A DNA stretch of 64,000 nucleotides, from the NCBI GenBank assembly GCA_025786725.1, contig JAHLTZ010000001.1:558001-622000 (forward strand), in the 5' to 3' direction. Position numbers and translations under genes: made by a program. Shown here one piece after another: positions 43,240 to 55,174 of the stretch (positions are counted from its first letter, which is position 1; the number at the start of each line of letters is the position of its first letter). Under the pieces are notes generated by a model. The model was given only the letters and a program-made list of their open reading frames with translations. It was not told where the DNA came from and searched no databases. The DNA comes from Syncephalis fuscata S228. Its lineage: Eukaryota; Fungi; Zoopagomycota.

Positions 43240-43770
43240 CCATACGATTTGATTTTCTTGGAACATTTGAGGCTGATTATTATTGTTGTTGGCCATGTGT
43301 AGAAAGATTGATTGAATATTAATATAAGCCATATGGTTGCAATCCCATATCGTTCCTCATTACTTCTGTTGCTTGTTTGTCATACTGCACACCAAACTGT
43401 TATGTGATCTATTTCTTTTCTATTTTGTTTCTGTTTACTTGAACCGCACTTGTATATCGTAATAATTATATTTAATAATTGCAATTGTTTTATTCTTTTT
43501 ATACTTGTAAACCGTTTCAACAAAAATATTTAGCAATTTAGTGTAAAAAGCCTTTTATTTTATTAATATTATTTCAACTTCAACTATACCGTAATGTGCA
43601 TATTTAATGCATTATTGTATTAATAATTACACATGAATGGATTAATGTTGGATGCAATATTATACATGCTATAGTAATGAGCGAATGTTTAATGGTATTT
43701 AAAAGTGTTAAGGTGTGAAATGGATAAATAAAAATGTAAGAGTCAAAGCGAAGTAGCTCTTTTTATTAAT
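43240..43770 (-). mobile_element. Repeat family A copy 2 (inverted, truncated)
   Basis: Its reverse complement matches 39180-39345 and 39645-39715 (e.g. tttctacacatggccaacaacaataatcagcctcaaatgtt). Confidence 0.7.
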
Positions 43771-44089
43771 ATATTTACGTCGACTGTAATAAATGTATAC
43801 ATATAGTGTAGATTGACTATTGATCAATAACAGTTCATATAGCTAGTTGTATCTATTAAATATACACTTGTTAAATCTATATATTAATCCACATATTATA
43901 CACTCCTATTAATACACTAACAATATTAACATTTCATATTACATTGGCGGAATAACCATAATTTTTAATGTTCTACAATCTAATCCTTCAACTCAACTCG
44001 TGCCCAATTAAAGCATCGTTTGTACGAGTACACAAACATAGTAAAAAGCATCTTAACATAATAGTAATAAAAATCAGTAACTACACAGA

Positions 44090-47000
44090 CTATTGTTGAT
44101 TATCGGGGACAGGAGCCAATAATGAATCTACAGATAACATAGTAGGGCGTCGATCTCTACGTGTGAGTGGAGAAGGAGAAGCAGTACCATCATCTTGATA
44201 GGAGGACAGTATTGAAGAGCGATCATAAGGTGATTGAGAATTATGATGTGGCTGTTGTGGTTGTTGCTGTTGCTGGTGGTAATGTCGATGGTGACGCATA
44301 TGCGAATGATGCTGATGTGGCGTATGCTGTTCGTACATTGAACTGCGAGTAGATCCTGGAGTAGCTGGATGAGAATGAGAGGATGGTGATGCTTGTGAGT
44401 GGTTTAGATGATATTCTAGTGTATCACTCCTTGTACTATCGCCGTTAGATGCAGCATAAGGACTGGGCATATGATGATGATGTCGATGATGATGCGGGTG
44501 GTGGTAGTGTGCCGAGTGTTGTTGTGGCAAATGACTATGGGATGGCAGTATCGGTGAGTGTGAATGAGTGGTCCGCGAGTCATAGTAATGAAGTTCCGCG
44601 GTAGAGTTATGTCCATGTCCATAATGTAGCATAGGTTGAGGTGTTGAAGACATGGCTTGTCGTGCCGGATAGTCATCATGTCTAGATGTATATGTTCCAT
44701 AATCCGATGGCGCATGATCATTGGAATGAATAACTATGGGCGACTCTATTGGTTTGGTATCAAATGTTGGCGTTTGATATCTTTCCTTTATTGCTGGTAT
44801 TTCTACTGTCAGTTGGATATCATCTAATGAGTCCTCATCAGCTAATTGAGGCGATGCTGTTGCTTTAAACGACATGGATGTCAATTGTGGTGGCATTACT
44901 GGTAGCATGGTTGTAGATAATGAGGTGGGTGTTGTCTTGGCCCGGTCCCTAATAATCGTTTATAGGCGCTATATTCACGACTAAGTAGATTAGTGGTCAT
45001 CCAGCCCTCTGGCCAGAATCCAACAATCTATCAAAGTTTATTATTATTATTAGTTTTCAATTACCAACTATCGATAAGTGTAACTTACATCGGCGTACAC
45101 TTGTTTACGTATACTTTGTGGCTTGACATCAGGTGCTTTTGTATGTAAACCTCTGTTTTGATGGATTATATTAGTGATGTATCTAACACTAGTGTGCTAC
45201 TTACTGTATTTGACTTTCTTTATGGGCAATCTGTTCGCGTAAATCAATAATCTGCCAAAATTGACTACGTAGTTCTCGAGTCCATCTGAATTTTCGTGAT
45301 GAATCTAAGTAATATCAATATTAATATTAATATCAATAGCAATATATAGTATTGCATAGTATAAATGCCATACTTGCCTTCAGTATTTTTTCCCATTCCA
45401 TCTCCGTCTTCAGCTTGACTGTCTGTCATTTTTGTATCCTCATTGTTGGTAGCCTAATGCAAAAAAATGGTTGGTTATAATAATAAACTAAATTCAATAT
45501 TAAACTTACTACTAACTCGGTATTTTCCGATGATTTTGTACGTGCTAATCCATCTAATAATAATAATAATATAAGTATTTTGTTTATAACCACTCATATT
45601 ACTTACCTTCATACTGTGGTAACTGTACAGCCATGACTGCATCTACTTGTTTTCGAAAGATTTTAACTGTTTGCTTCAATTCTGTTTCAAGCATGCGTAA
45701 TTGCTCTGGAAATACAGTGCGATGTACCAGTTTCTATTCAATATCGATGTTGTATTATTAATTGCTAGTTAACATACAATTGTATTGGCAACTTACACGT
45801 ATATCATTTTTACGGAATGGTAGCACTGTAGCAACGTGTCCAATAAAATCGTCGTCAAATTCATTGTTAGAAGATAAGTATTGAGCTGTCAATGCTAAAC
45901 TAAGCAATGCTGGCTTGAGTTCGGCAGGGAATTTGCCTTTCTTTTCAAAAACAACTTGTGGATGGTTAGTTACTAGTATAGTTTAACATATATTACCCAC
46001 CATTCTTTGCTGCTTCTTTTAATTCATCCAATAAAACGACAAGTTCCTCTGCTAATGGTGCCTATAATAGATTAATTAGTAAGCTGTTATAAAGTATAAA
46101 TTATGAATACGTACCAATACTTGTTTACGACGTTTCTTATCTGGTTCTGTAACACTATTTGCTTCTGTACTTGCATTCTCTGCATCATCTTTTGAATTTT
46201 TACGCTTTGTATTTAAAGCGTCATTCTCCATATCGACCTCAACCTCCATGCCAATTGTTGACTCACGTGTTATTGCTTGACCACTATCCGACTCAACCGA
46301 TGCCGATCTTCTAGTGTCATTCTGTGTGTCGTCCATACTAATTAACGTCTCTTTGTCCTTTTTACGTTGTTGTTGCTGTTTTCGCTCTTTATCCTCGGTA
46401 GTTCCTTTGGCACGAGGCTTACGTCCACTGCCTTTGGTTTTACTTGCTGATGCTGTTCCATCAACGTCCATTGGCACCACGCTAGAGCTAACACGTTTCT
46501 GACCTGCTTTTGTTTTATTTGTGGTTCGTCTAATGCCATTCAATTAAATTGTTGGAATATACAGCCTAATAATCCTTACTTTGTATCTGGCGTATCCTTA
46601 TTTGTTCCCTCCTCGCCATCACTGCCTTGTGTGGTGGGCAAGGGACCACGCCAAACAAAAAATCCATCTACGCCTTTTGGCTTTGGTCTTTGACTATTTA
46701 TGTTCATTGCCTCTGCATCATCAATAAATGGGTCATTTAAATCGTAATCATCGTCATCTTTCCGTCGCTGCTTCGATGATTCTTCCTATAATATGAAAGA
46801 CAATAATGTAAGCATAATATCACGTGATAACACAAGAGCTAAAAAACACTCCACCTAAACTGAGTGTCATCCCCGCTATTTTAGATTTCTACCATTCCAA
46901 CTTTACTGCTTATTCCAAGCAGTTATATGCTTACCTCTTCATCACCGTCGTCTTCTTCGGACATTTCATATTGTTGAGCATTTTTTAAAAGTTGCGCGTA

Positions 47001-47246
47001 AAAAGAGTCGTCGCCAAAACGTGGTGGCGCTGTAGGTGACAGCTCAGTATTTGCTTTTTCTTCTTGTTCCTGCGCCACCTTCGGAGGATGAGCCATTGCA
47101 TGATCGCGATCTGCTTCTGCTTCCAGGTCAGCAAATGAAATAAATGTAGTTTGATTAGGATCCATGTCTAATTCGACGTTATAAATGCGGTAAGGTCGAG
47201 CCGGCTTCAGCTCCACAGCAACGGCGGTAGCTGCAGGATCCGCCAT
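44090..47246 (-). CDS. HPC2/ubinuclein-like histone chaperone subunit, multi-exon
   Basis: HUN-domain motif DYDLNDPFIDDAE...DGFFVWRGPL, ubinuclein middle-domain-like KKGKFPAELKPALL, and an H/S/P-rich tail. Confidence 0.8.
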
Positions 47247-48543
47247 TGTAAGTATATGCACTCTAGTCGATCGTTATGAAAAGCGACTGTTTTGTATAGC
47301 CAGGTTTGTTGGACTAAGAAACGTGGTGGTTTGATAGAAGGCAGTGGCTTGGCAGCCAGTGAATGCAGGGAGATTGTTGTTACAAGTATTTAAAAGTACC
47401 TGTCGTAAAAGTGTGCGTATATACGTATATGAGGAATAAAGTGGTTAGCATTTTCAGAAACGGCAGCATTGAGTTACGCACTGTTGATACGCATTGAGAA
47501 TGCAAATGCGGTAAACGCTCGTTGACACCCAACAACAGCAAATTTGCTATTCAGGGGCAAATGACATTGGTATTGATGAAGATTGAGCATTTTGCTGGAA
47601 CCTACGAAATACTATTGGTCACGTGATATGTTGTAAAATAACATATTTAGTAAAGTAGCACAACAATTAATCAATATGACAACATTGCTGCAAATACATC
47701 GTGTACACTTGTAATTGCTATTACAGCTATTTCCTGGATTAATAACGTAATAAATTAAATAAATGATAAGAATATATATATGTAAATATAGATATAGTAA
47801 AGACAAGTACTTGAGTAGAATAGGCCGATGCTATTTACTTTGCCAAATTAAAACAAGTTTATTAGCTGTTTAGTTCAATCAACCAGTACTATGTAGATTC
47901 ACTACGGCTGAATTATTCCAAGCTATTGTTAGCGACTACCCGATCCCAAATAGCCTTAATGATTGGATTGCCGCAATAGTGAAGCTATGAATAAAAGCAC
48001 AAATATGGTTTATGGCTAAGCTGTGCATGATGGCTGGGTTTAATTTGGTTCTAAGCTATTTAGCTGTATTGTCGCGTACCACTGATGTTATATATTGTAT
48101 AGTTTACATTTAAGCAATTAAAAAAGCACGACAAAAGCAATTAAGGATTAACGTGCTATCCAAACATCTTTACTCAAATACACAATAAAATATCTGTTCA
48201 ATCGTGTAAATGAAACAACTAGGCCTGTAATTTATACTGGCTACTGATCGATGGCAATATACAGTGTCCATAGGCCTTAAGCAAAAACAAAGATTAACAA
48301 TAAATCCAGTCTTTATTTGTAGCATGGAAATGCAATAAACACAGGCAAAAACGAAGCAGGTGCTACTCGATTTTGGGTATATAACTAGCTACCAAAACCA
48401 TGGTTCAGCTGCTATACCAGCATCCCATTAATATTGATTACGACTCTACCAATCTATAACTAAAAGGCTTATTCTACACGACTATTAAACAGCGTCATTT
48501 TACTTAGCTACACCTATTATTGCTATTACTGAAGATATTCATC

Positions 48544-49820
48544 ATGGTTCGTCCAGCGATATCAGCATCGGTATTTATGGCGGTTGCTTTCCTGCTAGCG
48601 CGAAGCATGGCACAAGTCAACGGTACACCAGCCAAGTGCAACGGATCAGCCGACTACTGCCGCCTGCCATTCGACCAGTACACGTTTGCCGGCACACACA
48701 ACTCGGCAGCGTATAATCTAACACCCGACTGTTCCGGCATCAATAAGTGCGAAAATGCCCAGAAATTCTGCGGAGCCAGCGAAGACAAGTGCACAAAGGG
48801 ATGGACGGACGTGTGTACCAAGACTGAGTCCAAATGTACCAAAAAACTACCAGGCCCGTTCAAGGTGCTTTGTAAGGGCTGGAGCAAGGTATGCACTGCC
48901 ACTAGCAAGGTCTGCAATGGATGGGAGAAGGTCTGCACTGCACCTATCAGCGTATGCACCAAGGGTCTTCCGATGATGTGCGGCCACATGCCACAATGGG
49001 CGCGAGAATGCTTCTGGGAGAATCAGCGCGGCCACAGCATTGGCAAACAGCTGGAGGATGGCATCCGTTTGTTTGATGTTGACACATGTGTCGACAATAG
49101 CGGCCGAGTAGTTACTTGCCATGGCGAGGGGCCAACTCGTGCACTTGGAGCGCCACTCGACACCCATCTAGCAGAGGTGCGCAAATTCCTTAATGAAAAC
49201 CCCGGTGAGGTAATTGTACTTGAGTATGGCGATTATGACGGCGACCGAGGCGTTACAGCACGAGGCATTAAGCAAAAGCTCGATCAGTATCTGTCGGGCA
49301 TGCTGTTTGAACGCAAGGATGCTAGCGCACCATGGCCTACACTTGGCGAGATGGTTCAACAAAACAAACGAGTAGTCGTCATTTTTGGCCGCCACATATC
49401 GGCGTTTGAAGAAGCCAGCCGACCAGCCTGGATGCTGGATCGTGATACATACCTTCAGCAAAGCTGGAACTACGCACGTTATGCCGTCAACGATGTTACG
49501 CTTAAGAATTCGTTTATTAAACATGCAACTGAGACGAGCGCCGATGAGAAGTTGTGGCAGTGTATTGACTACGGCTACGATATTGTTGCTTCAACCGTCA
49601 TAAACGACCTCAAGCACCTTCAGCAGCCAGCCATCTGTCTGAACGTCTCGAGAAGAAATCTCGTAAATATCTTGTCGAGGTGGTTACTGCCTATATCACC
49701 AAGTTTACCCATTTGCATCGCGTCAAGGTCGACTACTACGACAACACACTTGGCTTGTTGAAGGAAGCAGTAGAATATGCCAATCGCATTAATCTGACAC
49801 GTATCAAAGCATCTGCATAA
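48544..49820 (+). CDS. Secreted PLC-like phosphodiesterase, copy 2, with 1-nt deletion at ~49641 and a G->R change near the signal peptide
   Basis: Identical to 19930-21207 except LLARS vs LLAGS and CTG AAC vs CTG GAA C, which shifts the last ~58 codons. Confidence 0.85.
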
Positions 49821-51264
49821 TGGAACCTAATGACGTTAATATTTGAACTAATAAATGATACTTTATTCATACGGCTACAGTTTCATTAATTAGATAATTC
49901 CACCAATTCTTATAATATATAGCTATTATTAAGGCTCTATTACCATTTAGAGCATTTGACACAGTGAACAATAAATAAAAAGTATCAGTAATATTTAAAT
50001 AATATTGCTATCATTTATTTGGTAATATAAGTAAAAATAGGCTAATAATAACATGGTATATAAGATAGCACGAATTTTGTGATTGTATGGTATCGTTTAC
50101 TGTCTGTGGCCAAATATTCGACATAAATGAACAGATGCACCAAAGCACATCAATTAGGATGCACAATTTGCACTATGCATAGCGTTCGTAATAATTACAT
50201 CAGAACCTTAGAATAGCAATTTGTATCTTCTAAATAGAAAAACATTGCATAACATACACTACAAATAAAAACCAGTAAATGTGCAATCTTACAATAAATT
50301 ATGAATGAATTGGCACTTGTGCATATGGTCATAACCGACTGGTATACCATGCATTTCCAAAGTCCATTCAAACTGGTTGTATTTGATGGAATTGCTTGTG
50401 GCGTGTCCTATTATTTGTGTATTACAGCATATACATTCTGGACTATCTATGTTGCTTTAAACTAAACAACCAGTTACATTTGTGCTTGGTTACAATGCTT
50501 TATTATTGAAACTACATATATATGGAGCAGCCAGTAATTAGCACTAGAATCAATTAAAAATAATGGCTGTGTAGACTGCTAATATTGCTGTGCTAAAATA
50601 GACAGTTTATTTTAAGTTGTGCCACAATTCAGATTGAATTGACGTATGAATCAAGCGGTAAAGTTTTACAACTGGAAAGCTGCGACTATTCTATATAGAA
50701 CAGTAAATACCTGTAAAGAAATACAAGCGCAATGCATTGGTGCCGCTGTTATGTCGGCGCTGAGCACCATTTGGGATGCATGCATATTTGATCATGGAAT
50801 TCGTTGGCAGAAGCAACAGCAAAGGTGTAGTGGCGTATCATCACTGTTTCTGTAGAACCAACATATTCAGTTTGCACGCATGCTTGAATTGCACAACAGC
50901 ATAGTGAAAATTGGCAGATGTGTTCCTATGGCAATGTGTTGGATGATTGCAACTGCCATGCTATTTGTGTAATTGCCGAGCAGATTGAAGCAAAGGGATT
51001 GGCTTCAAAATAGCACATCATCAGTATGTTGGTATACGTATGCCTTGAACTAGTATACGAATGCGCTTTGTCGATGCACATTGCATATCAATGATAGAAT
51101 CTGTATAGTAAAGCATATTGTTGTCTCAGCTAATCATTGACTTAAATAGGCCGCAGAATATACACATTCAACTAACTGCTCCTCATCACATTCTACTTTC
51201 TTCTGAATACTCACTAAGCTCTGCTGTTTATTTTGCTTGTTTATTCCAACAAATCTGCACCATC

Positions 51265-52630
51265 ATGAAGTTTTCTATTGCCGTTGTCTGCGCTATCCTT
51301 GTGGCTATTGTGGCCAGCACAGCCACTGTGGATGCTAGGCCAAATCTGATCCGTCGTGGTATGTTTCAATTACAATAATTGTGCAAATCGGTATACTTTC
51401 GATCACCATGTCTAATCAATGATGTTATTAGCTGGTAAGCCGTGATTAAGCATTATTGTTCCAGCGCTTACTGGGTACCTTTATGCATATGGCAAACATA
51501 TGTAAACAGTTGGTAAGTTTTAAAAAATACGGTTATTGGTGTGCTAATCAAGTATTGCTTGTTTATGTATTGGGCAAATCAGCACCATTGGCTAAAAGTA
51601 AGTCTAGCAACAAATAAAATGCTGAATTAAAAATACTAATATACTGAATTTGTGTTGATAGGAGGTAAACTAAAATAGAAACAACTAGCCATTTGTATAA
51701 CTAAATACTATTTGCATTATCGAACTAACGTTACTAGTTGGTAAGTGCCTTTATATACTAATTATTTATATACTAAACACATTATGTATTGTGCATGTTT
51801 AATGCTTATTATAGCTGGCAAGTGAAATTGTACATTAATTAACTATATTCTAAATATGCTTTGTTTACTGTATGCTTAATTATCTGTGTTAATAGAAGGT
51901 AAGCGATGTTGTATATTATTTAGCTATATGCTAAACATATACCATACATTTTTCATGTCTAATAACCCGTGTTAATAGCCGGTAAGTGGGATTATGTAGT
52001 AACTAGCTATATTCTAAATATATTTTGTTTACTGTATGTGTTTAATGACCTGCATTGATAGCCCGTAAGTGATATTGTATATTAATTAACCATGTGTTAA
52101 ATATTTGTTATGCACCATATGCATTGGTTTATATCGACAGCTCGTAAGTGATGTTTTATTTTAATTATTGCTACTAATTATATGCCGTGTACTGCACATG
52201 TTTAATATCTTTTATTGATAGCTGGTAAGTGGCATTCTATATTAATTGGCTGTATACTAAGCATGTCTTATCCACTGCGCGTGTCTAATAACTTGTATAA
52301 ATAGGCTGTAAGTAGTACGGTACATTAATTAGTTATTTGCTAAACATATTCTGTACACTGCATGTGCATGACAACGTGCATTAATAGTTAGTAAGTGTGA
52401 TTTATATCGATTAACTATGTGCTAAACATATGCTATGTATCTTATATATTTAATAATTTGTACTAATAGCTCGTAAGTGGCATCGTATATTATTTAACTA
52501 TGCTAAGCATATGCTATTCATATTATGTACTTGATAATGGATATTAATAGAAGGTAAGTGGTATTGCATATGATTGGTCTGTGCACTAACTATACGGCAT
52601 ATGTTGTACATATTTATAAATTTAGATTAA
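51265..52630 (+). CDS. Micro-exon gene for a secreted 51-aa peptide precursor; copy 2
   Basis: Exons 51265-51358, 51432-4 CTG, 51510-2 TTG, 51583-97, 51662-4 GAG, 51738-40 TTG, 51815-7 CTG, 51896-8 AAG, 51979-81 CCG, 52062-4 CCC, 52141-3 CTC, 52222-4 CTG, 52305-7 GCT, 52388-90 TTA, 52470-2 CTC, 52551-3 AAG, 52626-30 ATTAA; AATAAA at ~52665. Confidence 0.8.
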
Positions 52631-53082
52631 CTGGCACTTTTGAGGCGCTAGCATTGGTATTGTAAATAAAGTTGCTAGTGCAATACGCTTTAGGTATATA
52701 TTCGGTAGTGAACAAGACCATTTAACAACCACCGTTTAGTCTATTCATATACCAAGCTCTAATCAATGCTTCGGTTTATTCAACTTTAAGCAACGACACC
52801 ATTATATTTCCAGCAAGCGTGTATCCAGTTGCGCCTATTCAACTATGCAGGCTTATAGTAATAAACATGGTTTCATTTTAAATATATTTGATCAAACTGT
52901 TACAATTATGCCCATGTTTGATTTCTATCCAATAGCCAACAGGCATTAAGAATTGCCTGATATTTCCGAATTATTCAGGTCACAACAGCGATCTCATTAA
53001 ATTGACTATCTATTTATGGATTGTCATTATTACTTACCCACCACCTTATTCTTTCCAGCATTCAACTTGCCATTTCACTACA

Positions 53083-54735
53083 ATGAGCACTGTACCTATT
53101 TGTCTAAACGATTTCGAGGCCAATGCCAAACAGGTCCTGCCTCGCGCCATGTGGGACTACTATGCCTCTGGTGCCAACGAAGAAGAGACCATGCAGGATA
53201 ATGAGCAGGCCTATAAACGGTAAATCTTACTTGTAGGACGCTACCATTTGACAGACCATTGACTTTGGCGCGTAGATATTTGCTAAGGCCGCGCATTTTA
53301 CGTGATGTATCAAAAATCGATACGTGCTGCACATTGTTGGGTGCAAAGGTACGCTCGCCTATATGTCTAGCACCTTCTGCAATGCACGGTATGGCTCATG
53401 AACAAGGAGAGTTGGCTACAGCAGCGGGTAAGTACTGAAGACTGGCTATAATCTAGCGGCTTATTTGCAAGTCAATAGCTGCTGCCAAGTTTGGCACTCT
53501 TATGACGCTATCAACCTACGCGACAACTAGCCTTGAGGATGTTCGCAAAGTAGCAGGTGTCGATACGCCCAACTGGTTCCAGCTCTATGTGTTCCAAAAC
53601 CGCAGCATTTCTGAGGAGCTTATTCGCAGGGCAGAAGGTAGTGTTGACTATTATAGCATAATAAACACAAGTTGACAATTGGCTGTAGCGGCTGGCTACA
53701 AAGCATTGGTACTTACTGTAGATGCACCATTATTGGGTAACTAGACACTGTTTATCAGTATAATGCATCATTGCACTGATATGAATGAAATGTTACAGGT
53801 CGTCGATTTGCCAATGCACGCAACCAGTTCCAGCTTCCGTCTCCATTGAAACTGGCCAATTTTGATCCAAAGCATGGAATAACTACAGGCTCGGCCAGAG
53901 CAGCTGCTCGTCTAACAGGCAAAATTGCCGCTAACAAAAAAACGTTTTCCGAGGCATTTGGCAACACGGCCGACATGACACTGTGTTGGGAAAAGGATAT
54001 TGCTTGGATGAAATCAATTACCAGGCTACCAATTGTACTTAAGGGAATCATGGCACCAGAGGATGCCGAGCTGGCATGCCAGTATGGTGTTGATGCCATC
54101 TGGGTCAGCAACCATGGCGGTCGCCAGTTGGATGGTGCACTAGCAACAGTGAGTAGTCACGAATCAGCAGCTGTGCTGTAGGCTGATTACTATGCAACGA
54201 TAGATCGATGCCCTGCCAGAAATAGTGAAGGCAGTAAAAGGCCGTTTAGAAATCTACACTGATGGTGGTATCCGACACGGCTCTGATGTGTTTAAGGCTC
54301 TTGCACTTGGTGCCAATGCAGTAAGTGATATTAGCGGATTGCAAGGCGTTTTTGATATTTATATGCAATTAGGTGTTTATTGGACGTCCAGTATTATGGG
54401 GGTGAGTTACCAACTGACATCAAGACAGGGCTGCTAACACTGGTTCTAACTGTTATTGTAGACTTGCCTATGGTGTAAGTGGCAGTGACTATAGTAATAT
54501 GCAATATTGACGTTAATAATACTAATGATACTGTAGGGTGAGGATGGATTGCGGATGCTTTTGGAGATATTGCAGACAGAATTTGTCAACACGATGGCAT
54601 TGGCCGGTAAGTAGATTGTTAATAACTAAACAGTGAAGACTATATATTAAATTAAATTTAGGCTGTGCTAATTTGGCAGAGATCAATTCAAACTATGTGC
54701 GTTCCATCCATGACATACCGCGTGCTAAACTTTAA
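53083..54735 (+). CDS. FMN-dependent alpha-hydroxy acid oxidase, copy 2 (frame intact), PTS1 AKL
   Basis: Same motifs as copy 1; spliced C-terminal part [23 protein letters not shown]... includes a 13-nt exon. Confidence 0.92.
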
Positions 54736-55174
54736 TGCATTAGTTATGGCACATTGGAATAAATGAGCTATAAAATTTAAATAGTTACTTTAAATTTTGT
54801 TATTTATATAGCAATATTGAATACATTGAGATGTTAGAAATTGCATTAAGATATCTGTAGATTTACAAATTTAGATCTACATATAATATAAAGTAAAATG
54901 AACTGTATTATACATTGAAATATAGAGTTAAGCTTTAATAGCAATATTGAATAAGCATAATTATATCATCTAAATTAGATGTTGATAATTAAAGCAATGT
55001 TTATACATAATTTATCCAAAATTCACATTTTAAAATAGTAATCGATTAGCTATCGATTAAATGGGATATTTTATTTTTATTTAATTAACTAAAAAGCATA
55101 ATTAATTTATAAATATTTGTAAAATTGCTTAACCAGATATGTTTATTCTTATCAATATAGTATTATATTCAATG

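Larger units (their letters stand above)
47474..55115 (+). repeat. Right arm of ~7.6 kb inverted segmental duplication
   Basis: Begins ttacgcactgttgatac (reverse complement of 22261-22277) and ends ...attaatttataaata (reverse complement of ~14639). Confidence 0.97.

Noticed and set aside
52062-52472. PPGFT in the predicted peptide resembles the core of Thr6-bradykinin (RPPGFTPFR)
   Set aside because: A five-residue match lacking both terminal Arg residues needed for kinin activity; likely chance.
51740-52555. CRISPR-like periodic array (~82-nt period with a conserved core)
   Set aside because: The context is eukaryotic, there are no cas genes, the 'spacers' are mutually homologous and the conserved core is a splice acceptor/donor pair.
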